From: an uncultured Clostridia bacterium
Lineage (GTDB): Bacteria; Bacillota; Clostridia; Christensenellales; CAG-917
Length of the DNA: 64,000 nt
Direction of reading: 5' to 3'
Assembly: GCA_949283145.1 (NCBI GenBank)
Contig: CASDRL010000011.1
Span: 1,142 to 65,141, forward strand
Both the position numbers and the translations under genes were made by a program. The stretch's first letter is position 1. The number at the start of each line of letters is the position of its first letter. The notes beneath the pieces were generated by a model, which was not told where the DNA came from, ran no database searches, and saw only the letters and a program-made list of their open reading frames with translations. Positions 17,633 to 26,658 of this stretch are shown here, in pieces.

Positions 17633-18556
17633 ATGGCTAAAAGAGAATTTCCTTCAAAACAAGAGATAGAAGCGGCGGTCAAAGCCGTCATCGACCGCGA
17701 CGGGACGGAACGCAAGCTCCTCATCGAGCGCTCCCTCACCCGTTACGGTTATTCCGCGGCGGAGCTCAAAGACCGCAGCTGCGAGTCGCTCAGCACCCGC
17801 CTCAAAAGCCTCACCGGCGTCGTCCTCAACGAGATGCTCTCCGCGGGCACCCTCGTCACCACCGAGGACGGCAGGCTCGCCCCGCCCGCGCCCGTCGTCG
17901 AACCCAAGACCGGGCTCACCCGCACCCAGCGCCGCAGAGCGCAGCGCAAACGCGCCGCCGAACGCGCCAACAAACAGCCCAAATATCCCGACACCCCCCT
18001 CGGCAAAGCCCTCGAAGGCGCGGACAAAAAGTTTCAGGAGTATAAGGCGGGCAAGCTCAGCAAGGATAAATATCTCGCCGCTCTCCGCCGTGCGCTCACG
18101 CAAGCCATCTCCGAGGCGGGCGGCGAGTTCTTCGAGGAGCTCAGCATGAAGGTGCTCCTCGCCGTCTACGGCGACACCGTCGTCAGCAACGAGCTCACCG
18201 CGGGTCCCGACGACAACGGCATCGACGGCAAGATACACCTGAAAGACCCCGCAGGGTTCAAAGAAACCGTCTTTTTCCAGTCCAAGACCAAGCTCAACGA
18301 GCGCGCGTTCGTCTCCGTCAAAGTGGTGCGCGAGTTCCTCGGCGTCATGACCGCCTGGGGCGCCACCAAGGGCATCCTCATCACCAACTCCCGCTTCCAC
18401 CGCGACACCAAGACCTTCGCCGCCAAACGCCCAAACCTCCTCCTCATCGACAACACCGTCCTTCTCGACATGATGTTCGCCCACAGCGTAGGCGTGAAGC
18501 AGGTGGAGGGTGGTGTGTGGCATGCGGATGATGATCTCTTCCTCAACCTGACCTGA
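17633..18556 (+). CDS. Mrr-like restriction endonuclease domain protein
   Basis: Trimmed to ATG 17633. The C-terminal approx 130 aa have a PD-(D/E)xK-like pattern (GIDGKI...VFFQSK) and Mrr_cat-like layout. Upstream of that are an N-terminal approx 90-aa domain and a K/R-rich linker. Confidence 0.7.
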   Translation: MAKREFPSKQEIEAAVKAVIDRDGTERKLLIERSLTRYGYSAAELKDRSCESLSTRLKSLTGVVLNEMLSAGTLVTTEDGRLAPPAPVVEPKTGLTRTQRRRAQRKRAAERANKQPKYPDTPLGKALEGADKKFQEYKAGKLSKDKYLAALRRALTQAISEAGGEFFEELSMKVLLAVYGDTVVSNELTAGPDDNGIDGKIHLKDPAGFKETVFFQSKTKLNERAFVSVKVVREFLGVMTAWGATKGILITNSRFHRDTKTFAAKRPNLLLIDNTVLLDMMFAHSVGVKQVEGGVWHADDDLFLNLT

Positions 18557-18676
18557 CGGCGTCATTTGGCGCACAACTTTGTCAGCGCCCTTTTTTCGGC
18601 TCGTTACGTACGCCTGAGTACGCGCCTCGCCGAAAAAGGGGCGCTTTCGCGTTCTGCATCCAAATGACGCCGTCAG
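18553..18676. repeat. Nested hairpin element H1, copy 2 (abuts the stop codon of the Mrr-like gene)
   Basis: Outer stem ctgacggcgtcatttgg/ccaaatgacgccgtcag (17 bp, perfect). Inner stem agcgcccttttttcggc/gccgaaaaaggggcgct. Loop core gttacgtacgcctgagtacgcgcc at 18603-18626. Confidence 0.7.
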
Positions 18677-19287
18677 GCAATGCACAGCTTGATAGAGTGC
18701 TGTTTGAACTCGATTTGCCCATTTTTCGGAGACGGAATAACGAAAACCACGAGCGTGACGTCCTTAGACCCGACGCGCACTCATTCGGGGTGGAGCCGCT
18801 CACAAACGCGCACTCGTTCGGAGCGTCTTTGAGCACGATGTCTCTCTTTCGAAGACGGTTTTACGCGCCGCTCAGCCAAACTTGCACAGCGGGCGCTTGC
18901 GCCCGCTCTTGCAAGTCGCGGCGCGCCCCGCGACCTCGCAAGCTAGACGGGAAATTAAGTAGACACGGGCTCGGTGCGCGTCGAGTCGCCCTCCTCGCCC
19001 CGCGAGGGGATTTCAACCGGTACCGGCATCCACTTGATTATGTGGGTGCGATTACCAAAATTTTGGTAAAGTTCAAAAGTAAGTCCCGCATTTTGGGAGA
19101 CGAGAACTCTATTCCGAGTGGGGGAGGAAAGCCCGAAGGGAAGGAGGGGGAATTCTTACTCACCCCCGAGACGAACAGCTTGATAGAGTGTCTCCGATCA
19201 CGCCGTACCCTCCGAGCGAGCACCCGTGAGACGAACAGCCTATTTGAAGCGTGCCTGAACACGATGAACAGCTTGAAAGAACGTCCC
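18638..19287. repeat. Collinear non-coding module, copy 2
   Basis: Blocks at 18638-18665, 18864-18926, 18954-18969, 19120-19137 and 19228-19287 match copy 1 in order. e-f and f-g spacing is conserved (90/90 and 168/166 nt). Confidence 0.7.
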
Positions 19288-19442
19288 GGATCCGACGCAC
19301 CATTTGAGCGGGCGTCATAATACACGAAGCCATTGTTTCCTGCGCGGTGTCTCTCTTGACATGAACGGCGCTTTATATTACTATAATTGCGTCGGCAATG
19401 CGTTTTGCCGCATAGAATATAGCTTATTATGTGGAGAATATA

Positions 19443-20309
19443 ATGTCTGTTTTGTTTTGTGATACCGATTGCGAACTGTGGTACACCACCGCGCGCGAGC
19501 TCGGCGTGAAGGTCGTCCCCATGCCGTACACCGTTGACGGCGAGGAGAGGCTCTATGACCTCGGCGAGAACACCGATCTCAATGCATTCTTCAAGAGGAT
19601 GCGCGAGGGCGCCTCAGTCAGCACCGCGGGGCTCAACCCCGAGACTTACATCGAACTTTTCGAGCCCTATTTCGCGGCGGGCGAGGACATACTGTATGTG
19701 GCGTTTTCCTCCAAGATGTCCAACACTTTCAGCTATCTCAAGATCGCGATCGACGAGCTTTCCGCGAAGTATCCCGGCGTGAAATACCGCCGTTTCGACA
19801 CCCTCAACATCTCCATGGGCGCGGGGCTCATGGTTTATATGGCGGCGAAGTTCTTCAACGCCAACGGCGGTGACATCGACGCCACTTACGACTATCTAGA
19901 GACGCTGGTGCAGAACGTCGCTGTGCTTTTCGTCGTGGATGACCTCAAATATCTCGCGCGCGGCGGCAGGCTCTCTCCCGCAAAGGCGGCGATCGGCAAT
20001 GTGCTGCAACTGAAGCCCGTCCTCTATGTCAACAGGGAAGGGGAGATCGACGTTCTCACCAAACAGAAGGGCTTCAAAAAGGCGATGAGCTACATAGTGT
20101 CTTCCTTCGAGCAGAAGTTCCGTCCCGTCGAGGGCGCTCCCGTGGTCATCGTTGGTGCAGCATGCGACGAATATGTCGAGGAGCTTCGCTCCCGCATAGA
20201 GCCGCTCGCGCAGGGCACCGAGATCATCGTTCAGCCCGTGGGACCCGTCATCGGCGCGCATTGCGGACCCGGCACCTACGGCATCATCTTTACGGCGGAG
20301 TCCAGATGA
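19443..20309 (+). CDS. DegV family fatty-acid-binding protein
   Basis: Trimmed to ATG 19443 (GGAG 6 nt upstream). DegV-type layout throughout (e.g. YLARGGRLSPAKAAIGNVLQLKP). Confidence 0.88.
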   Translation: MSVLFCDTDCELWYTTARELGVKVVPMPYTVDGEERLYDLGENTDLNAFFKRMREGASVSTAGLNPETYIELFEPYFAAGEDILYVAFSSKMSNTFSYLKIAIDELSAKYPGVKYRRFDTLNISMGAGLMVYMAAKFFNANGGDIDATYDYLETLVQNVAVLFVVDDLKYLARGGRLSPAKAAIGNVLQLKPVLYVNREGEIDVLTKQKGFKKAMSYIVSSFEQKFRPVEGAPVVIVGAACDEYVEELRSRIEPLAQGTEIIVQPVGPVIGAHCGPGTYGIIFTAESR

Positions 20310-20326
20310 CCCTCGGAGCAGGCTCG

Positions 20327-21334
20327 ATGAAAAGATCCACTGCATTCAAAACGACGGCGGCATTGCTCGCCGTCTTCGCGTTGTTGCCGCTTTTTGCCGC
20401 CTGCAACAAGACGGCAAAGGCGGAGTATTTCGACATCTTCGGCACCACCGCTTACATCGAGACATACGACGCCGACGATGCGGAAAAGATCGAGCGCGAG
20501 ATGCGCCGCGTCGAGGAACTGTGCTCGGTGAATATCGAGGGCAGCGACATTTGGCGCATCAACGCCGCGCACGCGGGCGAGACGGTCAAGGTGGACGCGG
20601 TCACCATGTTCCTGCTCACGCTGGCGATGTCAGTCTATGAGCTCACGGACGGGTGCTATGATCCCACCGTCTATCCTCTCGTGGAGCTTTGGGGCTTTGC
20701 GGCGGGAGACTTTGTCGCGGGCACCCCGCCCGAGGGCGGCATCCCGACGGATGAGGAGATAAGCGCCGCGCTCGAACTCGTCGGGTTCGGCCGTGCCTTC
20801 TCCCTCAACGCCTCCGAGTGCACCGTCACCAAACTCATCGAGGGCGCCAAGCTCGACCTCGGCGGCATCGCGAAAGGGTATGCCTCCTCGCTTGCCTTCT
20901 CCGTGTCCTTCGACATCTGCAACGTGGGCGGCAATCTCGCCGTCGGGATGCCCACGGCGACCATTGGAGTGCCCGCGCCGCGAGAGACGGAGGCGGTGAG
21001 TTCGTCCTGGTTGTTCTCCTTCAAAGCCGCATACGGGCAGTGCATTTCCACCAGCGGCGACTATGAGAGATATTATTTTGTCGACGACGTGAGATATCAC
21101 CACATCATCGATCCGCGCACGGGCTATCCCGCGTCGAGCGGTCTCGCGAGCGCGACGGTCATCTCGACGGACGGAGCGTTTGCGGACGCATTCGCCACCG
21201 CCGTCATAGTGGGCGGAGCGGATGCGGCGGAGAGATGGCTGTCCGACGAGAGCAACACCTGGGAGCTCGACCTCGTGACCGTGACGGAGAACAACGAAGT
21301 GACCTCTTACGGTCCCGAACTGACGTATGCCTGA
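20327..21334 (+). CDS. apbE: FAD:protein FMN transferase (ApbE family lipoprotein)
   Basis: Trimmed to ATG 20327. Lipobox LFAAC. ApbE motifs GGIAKGYA and HHIIDPRTGYP. Confidence 0.85.
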   Translation: MKRSTAFKTTAALLAVFALLPLFAACNKTAKAEYFDIFGTTAYIETYDADDAEKIEREMRRVEELCSVNIEGSDIWRINAAHAGETVKVDAVTMFLLTLAMSVYELTDGCYDPTVYPLVELWGFAAGDFVAGTPPEGGIPTDEEISAALELVGFGRAFSLNASECTVTKLIEGAKLDLGGIAKGYASSLAFSVSFDICNVGGNLAVGMPTATIGVPAPRETEAVSSSWLFSFKAAYGQCISTSGDYERYYFVDDVRYHHIIDPRTGYPASSGLASATVISTDGAFADAFATAVIVGGADAAERWLSDESNTWELDLVTVTENNEVTSYGPELTYA

Positions 21335-21461
21335 TCGGTTTCATCATTCCGCTCCGGCATGCCTATCGACACGGTGCGTGACACATATCGGCAAATAAGA
21401 GTGTTTACTCGGCATTTTTGAAAGATAAACATCGCGTTTAGCGATGTTCGGGAGAATGCAC

Positions 21462-21863
21462 ATGACCAAGACGCGGACGGGACAAGGCGGAAGGAGCGGA
21501 GCGGCACAGGCTCTCCGCTCTCTGTTCAGGAAGGGGGACATCATCCTTCTTCTCGTCCTTCTCGTTGCCGTCGCGCTCTCCGTTTGGTTCGCGCTGCGCC
21601 CCGGCGGAGGAGAGGCACGAGTGTATGTGGACGGGGAGCTTCGCTACACGCTCTCCCTCGCCGAGGATGGTGACTACGACATCCTCGATGGCAGGATGAC
21701 ATTGAGGGTCAGGGACGGCGGGGTGTCCGTCGTCAAGTCCGACTGCTCGGAGCAGCTGTGCGTGCATTCCGCGGCGCAGTCCGTCTCCGGCGGGCTCATC
21801 GTCTGCCTGCCAAATCACGTCGTCATCGAAGTGGGCGAAAGGGAGGTGGACGCGGTCACATGA
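21462..21863 (+). CDS. NusG domain II-containing protein (DUF1312-like), membrane anchored
   Basis: In-frame ATGs at 21444, 21456 and 21462; 21462 has the best GGGAGA spacing. One TM, then a beta-rich domain ending CLPNHVVIEV. Confidence 0.7.
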   Translation: MTKTRTGQGGRSGAAQALRSLFRKGDIILLLVLLVAVALSVWFALRPGGGEARVYVDGELRYTLSLAEDGDYDILDGRMTLRVRDGGVSVVKSDCSEQLCVHSAAQSVSGGLIVCLPNHVVIEVGEREVDAVT

Positions 21864-22444
21864 AAACTTCCGTCACCAAACGCATCGCGCTCTCCGGGCT
21901 CTTCCTCGCCCTCGCGCTCATCGTCTCCCTCATCGAGAACCTCATCCCGCCCGTCATCCCAGCGCTGCCTTACGCAAAGCTCGGGCTCGGCAATGTGGTG
22001 CTGCTCGCCTGTTTCCTCCTCGTAGGAGTGGGGGAGGGGTGCGTGGTGCTCGTGCTCAAATGTTTCTTTGCGGCGCTGTTTTCGGGCAACTTTTCCATGC
22101 TGATATGGTCCCTGCCTGCCGCCGCCGTCGCGTATGCGGCGATGGTGATCCTCTCCCGCACCCGCCTCTTTTCCGTGACGGGGCTCTCCGTCGCGGGCGG
22201 GATGCTGCACAACATGACGCAGATCCTCGTCTCCATGGCGGTGGTCGGTGAAACCGTCGTCGCTTATATGCCGTATATGTTGCTCGCGGGCGGTCTCGCA
22301 GGCGTGGTGACGGGCGTGATCTGTCACTTTGTGGTCGCGTTTGCGGAGCGCAACTCCCTCACTCTCCGCCACCGCGACGTGTACGTCAGAACGCCTGCGG
22401 AAAAGAGGATAGCCGAAGACGGGTCGGATGACGGGGGAGTGTGA
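21860..22444 (+). CDS. Gx transporter family protein (heptaprenyl diphosphate synthase component I-like membrane protein)
   Basis: Trimmed to ATG 21860 (overlaps the upstream stop, ATGA). 194 aa, multi-TM; KRIALSGLFLALALIVSLIENLIPP opening typical of the family. Confidence 0.75.
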   Translation: MKTSVTKRIALSGLFLALALIVSLIENLIPPVIPALPYAKLGLGNVVLLACFLLVGVGEGCVVLVLKCFFAALFSGNFSMLIWSLPAAAVAYAAMVILSRTRLFSVTGLSVAGGMLHNMTQILVSMAVVGETVVAYMPYMLLAGGLAGVVTGVICHFVVAFAERNSLTLRHRDVYVRTPAEKRIAEDGSDDGGV

Positions 22445-22491
22445 ATGACGCGTGCCCGAATGAGTCGGGCGGCGGAGGAATTGCGGAAACC

Positions 22492-22520
22492 AAAAAACCC
22501 CGTCGGATGACGGGGTTTTT
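22492..22520. terminator. Bidirectional intrinsic terminator
   Basis: aaaaccccgtc/gacggggtttt stem flanked by an A-run and a T-run, between convergent genes. Confidence 0.7.
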
Positions 22521-22544
22521 GATCGCGTCGAAAAGCGGCGCGGT

Positions 22545-22901
22545 TCAGCCTATGGCGTGAAGGGGGATGATCGCCGCAAAGACCAGGCACAGCAGGAAAC
22601 ACGCGACGCCGAGCAGAAAAGCCGTTGCCGAGAAGAACAGGTTGAGCCTTGCCACGCCGGAACGGGGTTTCGCAAGCGCGGTCAGGATAACGCCCGCAAG
22701 CGCCGCTGCCGCGCCGAATGCGTTGACATAGATCCCGGTCTTCAGCAGGGGAGAGGATCCGTCGGCTCCGCCGGGGATGAAGAAGAGAAGCAAGGGCACC
22801 AGCACCGTCACGAATGCCGCAGCAGAGAGCCCCAGCCCCGCAAAGAGCAAGGCTTTGTTTTCTTTTTCCTGCGTCCCCTTGTTTTCCTGCCGTTCTTTCA
22901 T
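22545..22901 (-). CDS. Hypothetical small membrane protein (about 4 TM)
   Basis: 118 aa, hydrophobic, no known motif. Confidence 0.5.
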   Translation of the reverse strand: MKERQENKGTQEKENKALLFAGLGLSAAAFVTVLVPLLLFFIPGGADGSSPLLKTGIYVNAFGAAAALAGVILTALAKPRSGVARLNLFFSATAFLLGVACFLLCLVFAAIIPLHAIG

Positions 22902-22951
22902 ATTTTCAGTTTAACTCAAAAAACTTTCGATGTCAATTCCCTTATGCCCGA

Positions 22952-24256
22952 TCACAGCGGCAGGGAGACGAGATATGCGTCGGAAGCCCCGAAATTTTCA
23001 AAGAACACTCCGTCGGCGGAGGAGGTGGACAGCACGAGAACGAGCGTTCCCCCGACGATCTCGGCGGTCGTTTTACCCTCGGCGTGAGCGCAGTCGATGA
23101 GGGGGATGAAATTGCCGTACCCGTCCTCGGCATAGACGGTCGTGACGCCGTCCGAAACGAGGGCGAGAATGTTGTTTTCCGAGTCGCTGCGGGCTGCAAC
23201 GATCTCTCCCGCGCGCAGATCCGTAGGCGTCGACGAGATGAGGTCGAGGTGACGGCAATATGTTTCGGTCAGCCCCGGGCGCACAAGAGTGATGGAGACG
23301 CCGTCGCCGAAAACCGCGGCGGAGGAGCTTCCTTCGCGTACTGCCGCCGCAAGCTCTTCGCCGTCCGCGGAGAGGACGGAAAGCAACACTCCGCTGCTTT
23401 GCTTTGCCAGCATCGCAAATGCCGCGCCGTCTTCTCCGGCGATGGGTATAATTTGCAGAAATACGCTTTTATCATAGGTTTCAGTACACCTGAACCCCGC
23501 TTTTTGCGAAAATGTGAGAATGAATGTATCTGTGCCGTCGCATGCTGCGAGCGTGAACGAGCCGCCCGATGCAAAGCCTTCTTTCACTTCGCACACGGTC
23601 GGGAAACGGAAGGGGGAGACGACGGGCGAAAGCCCCTCCTCCACACTCACGAAAGAGAGTCCGTCGGAGCTTGTGAGAAAGAGGGAAAGTTTTCCGTCGG
23701 CGACGAGAGGAAAGGCAGAGGAAAATGCGGGGATGTCGGTTTCGCCCTTCGGTTTGCCCGCGGAGTCGAAAACCACGAGCCTGCCCCTTCCGCCTTCGGA
23801 TACGACGGCGGCAACGCCGTCCCGTGTGAGTTTGGCGCCGCCGAACACGCAGTCTTTTTCGGCAAACCGCGTGACCGCGATGAGGGAGTTTTGCTCAAAT
23901 ACCGCGACATAGATGCCCGCTCCCCGGCAATCGTATTCATCGGATGAAGAGGAAAAGAAAAGATATACCGTATTTTGTGTGAGCACGGTCCCGAGCACCT
24001 CTTCCTCGCCCTCTCCGCCCGCATGCGCGACGGTGATGCCGGCATAGGTCTGCGAATGTCTGGGAAGGGTGGTGAAGAAGGGCGGGTCTTCGTCGGGAGT
24101 CACGTCCGGATCGGATGTCGGCGGAACGGTGTTTGCGCCGCCGTCCGCCGTTTCGCCGCCGAGATACAGCGCGTCGTACATTATGTATGCGCCCACAGCA
24201 ACGGTGACGAGCACTATGATCACGAGCCACTTGGCGATGGTTTTCTGTCTTTGCAT
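22952..24256 (-). CDS. Hypothetical membrane-anchored extracytoplasmic protein (beta-rich)
   Basis: 434 aa with an N-terminal TM (WLVIIVLVTVAVGAYIMY). Overlaps the murG 3' end by 37 nt on the same strand. Confidence 0.6.
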   Translation of the reverse strand: MQRQKTIAKWLVIIVLVTVAVGAYIMYDALYLGGETADGGANTVPPTSDPDVTPDEDPPFFTTLPRHSQTYAGITVAHAGGEGEEEVLGTVLTQNTVYLFFSSSSDEYDCRGAGIYVAVFEQNSLIAVTRFAEKDCVFGGAKLTRDGVAAVVSEGGRGRLVVFDSAGKPKGETDIPAFSSAFPLVADGKLSLFLTSSDGLSFVSVEEGLSPVVSPFRFPTVCEVKEGFASGGSFTLAACDGTDTFILTFSQKAGFRCTETYDKSVFLQIIPIAGEDGAAFAMLAKQSSGVLLSVLSADGEELAAAVREGSSSAAVFGDGVSITLVRPGLTETYCRHLDLISSTPTDLRAGEIVAARSDSENNILALVSDGVTTVYAEDGYGNFIPLIDCAHAEGKTTAEIVGGTLVLVLSTSSADGVFFENFGASDAYLVSLPL

Positions 24257-25299
24257 TTCACACCTCGCCGTATTGTAGCATCGATGAAGGACGCAATTTT
24301 TCCGTTCGCGTCGTTAGAGATCCTGCGCATCGGCGGCTGCGAGAAAGCGTTGACGATGACGGGAAAGAGCTTGGCTGCAAGCTCATGCTGAAAGATAACT
24401 TTGCCGCCGTGTCTTTTGGCGAGTTCCGCATTTGGCAGCTGGTCTCCCCGCGACACGCCCTTGGGGAGAGGGACGAACACGGCGCGTTTGCCGAGGGCGG
24501 CGAGCTCCGCCACGGCAGTCGCACCCGCGCGGGAAAGCACGAGGTCGCTCGCGGCATACAGCGATCCGATGTCGTCGGAATATTCCAAGGGGATGTACCT
24601 TTCCGAGCGCGGAGGCGCGTCCCCCGCCTTTCCCCGTCCCGTGAGATGGATGACAACGCATCTCTTTTCCAGGAAGGGCAGGAGAGGGAAGAGTGCGTCG
24701 TTGACCGCTTTCGCACCGCTGCTGCCTCCCGCGACGAGCAGGACTTTTTCTTCCTGCGGGATGCCGAGGCTTTTTCTCGCCGCACCGCCGTCGCGACAGA
24801 ACAACTCTTCTCTCACGGGCATGCCGACAAATTCGCCGAAGTGCGATCCGGGATAAGCAGACAGCGCAACAGCGCCTTTCATTGACGCCAAACGGTTGGA
24901 TAAACCCGGCGTTTTGTCGGATTCGTGGCAGATGACGGGGATGCCGAGACGCGCTGCCGCAAGCACGTACGGCAGCGCGGCAAAGCCGCCTTTTGAAAAC
25001 ACGGCGTCCGGCGTTTCCCGTTTCAGAATTTCTTCCGCGGCGTGTACGCCCGCCGAGAGCACCCGCGGCACGGAGAGGTTGTTCGAGAGGGCTTTCGGGG
25101 AAAATGACCGGATAAATTTTACGCAGGGCACCCCGACATAATCCAGCTTTGCGCGCTCCGCGGCGCGTTTTTCCGGGACGTCTCCCTCGCCGCCGCCGTA
25201 GAAAGCGTCGATGTCCAACCGTTCCAGGGCGGGCAGAAGGGCAAGGTTTGGGTATATGTGTCCGCCCGTTCCCCCTCCCGTGAGCAAGATCTTCCGCAT
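24220..25299 (-). CDS. murG: UDP-N-acetylglucosamine--N-acetylmuramyl-(pentapeptide) pyrophosphoryl-undecaprenol GlcNAc transferase
   Basis: Track ORF 24220..26289 trimmed to ATG 25299 (AAGGAG upstream). MRKILLTGGGTGGHIYP glycine-rich loop and GT28 C-terminal motifs. The upstream part of the track ORF is antisense to the hydrolase gene. Confidence 0.88.
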   Translation of the reverse strand: MRKILLTGGGTGGHIYPNLALLPALERLDIDAFYGGGEGDVPEKRAAERAKLDYVGVPCVKFIRSFSPKALSNNLSVPRVLSAGVHAAEEILKRETPDAVFSKGGFAALPYVLAAARLGIPVICHESDKTPGLSNRLASMKGAVALSAYPGSHFGEFVGMPVREELFCRDGGAARKSLGIPQEEKVLLVAGGSSGAKAVNDALFPLLPFLEKRCVVIHLTGRGKAGDAPPRSERYIPLEYSDDIGSLYAASDLVLSRAGATAVAELAALGKRAVFVPLPKGVSRGDQLPNAELAKRHGGKVIFQHELAAKLFPVIVNAFSQPPMRRISNDANGKIASFIDATIRRGVKCKDRKPSPSGS

Positions 25300-25443
25300 G
25301 AGTCTCCTTTGTGGGCGTCTGATGACGGTCATGTCCCCGCGCCCGCTTTTCATAGTATGCGCGGATGCGATTTTAGTTTGCATTCCCGATGTTCGTGTGT
25401 TAGAATTATCGACAATAAACGATAACTTATCGAGGCGGAAATA

Positions 25444-26373
25444 ATGAGAACGGAAAAATTTACGAGTTTTGACAACACCATTTTGCAATGCTATCTCTGG
25501 AACGACGTCAAGAACCCCAGGGGCGTGGTGCAGATCTCCCACGGCATGGCGGAGCACGCGAGACGTTATGACGCGTTTGCGCAGTTCCTTAACTCCAACG
25601 GCTACATCGTCTTCGCGGACGACCACCGCGCGCACGGCATGACCAGCACCAAGCAGAGCAAGAACGGTGTTTACGGCTACCACAAGGGCGACATCTACAA
25701 CGATACCGTCCGTGACGAGATCGCCATCACCGCCCACCTCAAAGAGCGTTTCGGACTGCCCGTGGTCTATCTCGGGCACAGCTACGGCAGCATGGTGGGG
25801 CAGAGATATATCGAGATGGAGAACGCGTCGTGCGGCGCCATCCTCAGCGGTTCCGCATGTATGAAAGGGGCGCTGCTCGGCGTCGGCTGCACGGTCGCCA
25901 ACATCCAGTATAAGCTGCTCGGCGGCGACAAGGAGGGCAAGCTGCTCAACGCTCTCAGTTTCGGCTCCTACAACGCGAAGTTCAAGAAGGATAAGACGGA
26001 GTTTGCCTGGCTTTCCCGCGACCGCGAGCAGGTGCGCAAATACATATTCGACGAGCAGTGCGGCGGAGTGATGTCCATCGCGTTCTTCAAGTTCTTCTTC
26101 AACGGTCTGAAAGCGTCCTACAAGGCAGAGAACCTCGCGGGCATCGACAAGAATAAACCCATTGCGATCTTCAGCGGCGCGATGGACCCCGTCGGCGGTT
26201 TCGGAAAGCTGGTGGACAAGCTCTATAAGCAGTACACCGATCTCGGGGTCAAAGACGTGACTCTCAAGATCTACTCCGACGCCCGTCACGAGGTGCTCAA
26301 CGAGACCAACCGCAGCGAAGTGTTTGCGGATTTCCTTGCCGCCATCGAAAAGATGACCGCCTCCGCAAAATGA
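25444..26373 (+). CDS. Alpha/beta hydrolase (lysophospholipase/monoacylglycerol lipase-like)
   Basis: 309 aa; nucleophile elbow GHSYGS; HG oxyanion motif near the N-terminus (SHGMAEH). Confidence 0.8.
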   Translation: MRTEKFTSFDNTILQCYLWNDVKNPRGVVQISHGMAEHARRYDAFAQFLNSNGYIVFADDHRAHGMTSTKQSKNGVYGYHKGDIYNDTVRDEIAITAHLKERFGLPVVYLGHSYGSMVGQRYIEMENASCGAILSGSACMKGALLGVGCTVANIQYKLLGGDKEGKLLNALSFGSYNAKFKKDKTEFAWLSRDREQVRKYIFDEQCGGVMSIAFFKFFFNGLKASYKAENLAGIDKNKPIAIFSGAMDPVGGFGKLVDKLYKQYTDLGVKDVTLKIYSDARHEVLNETNRSEVFADFLAAIEKMTASAK

Positions 26374-26397
26374 TGATGCGGCATCGAGACCGAGCTT

Positions 26398-26427
26398 AAA
26401 ACGCCTCCCGTCGCGGGAGGCGTTTTC
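26398..26427 (+). terminator. Intrinsic terminator after the hydrolase gene
   Basis: acgcctccc/gggaggcgt stem followed by tttt. Confidence 0.65.
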
Positions 26428-26658
26428 TTATTGTCCCGCAACGGCTTGGGAGCGCGAGGGTGTGACACCCTCGCCGGGGTCAAGGGGCAGAGCCCTTTGG
26501 ACACTCCCGCGCTTTCGGCAGCGAATCAATTTGTCATTAAGTTGTGAAAAACGCTTTTTTATCGCAAGTTGTTGTGGTATAATCACTTTATAATTCGATA
26601 TTTATGCCCACGCACGTGCGGCGCGCACAGGCGCGGAGCTGCGGCGGGCGGGAGTTTT

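Noticed and set aside
24220-26289. 689-aa ORF in the track that appears to be one large gene.
   Set aside because: Only the C-terminal 359 aa (from ATG 25299, with AAGGAG) are MurG. The N-terminal part is antisense to the well-supported alpha/beta hydrolase gene and has no motif content.
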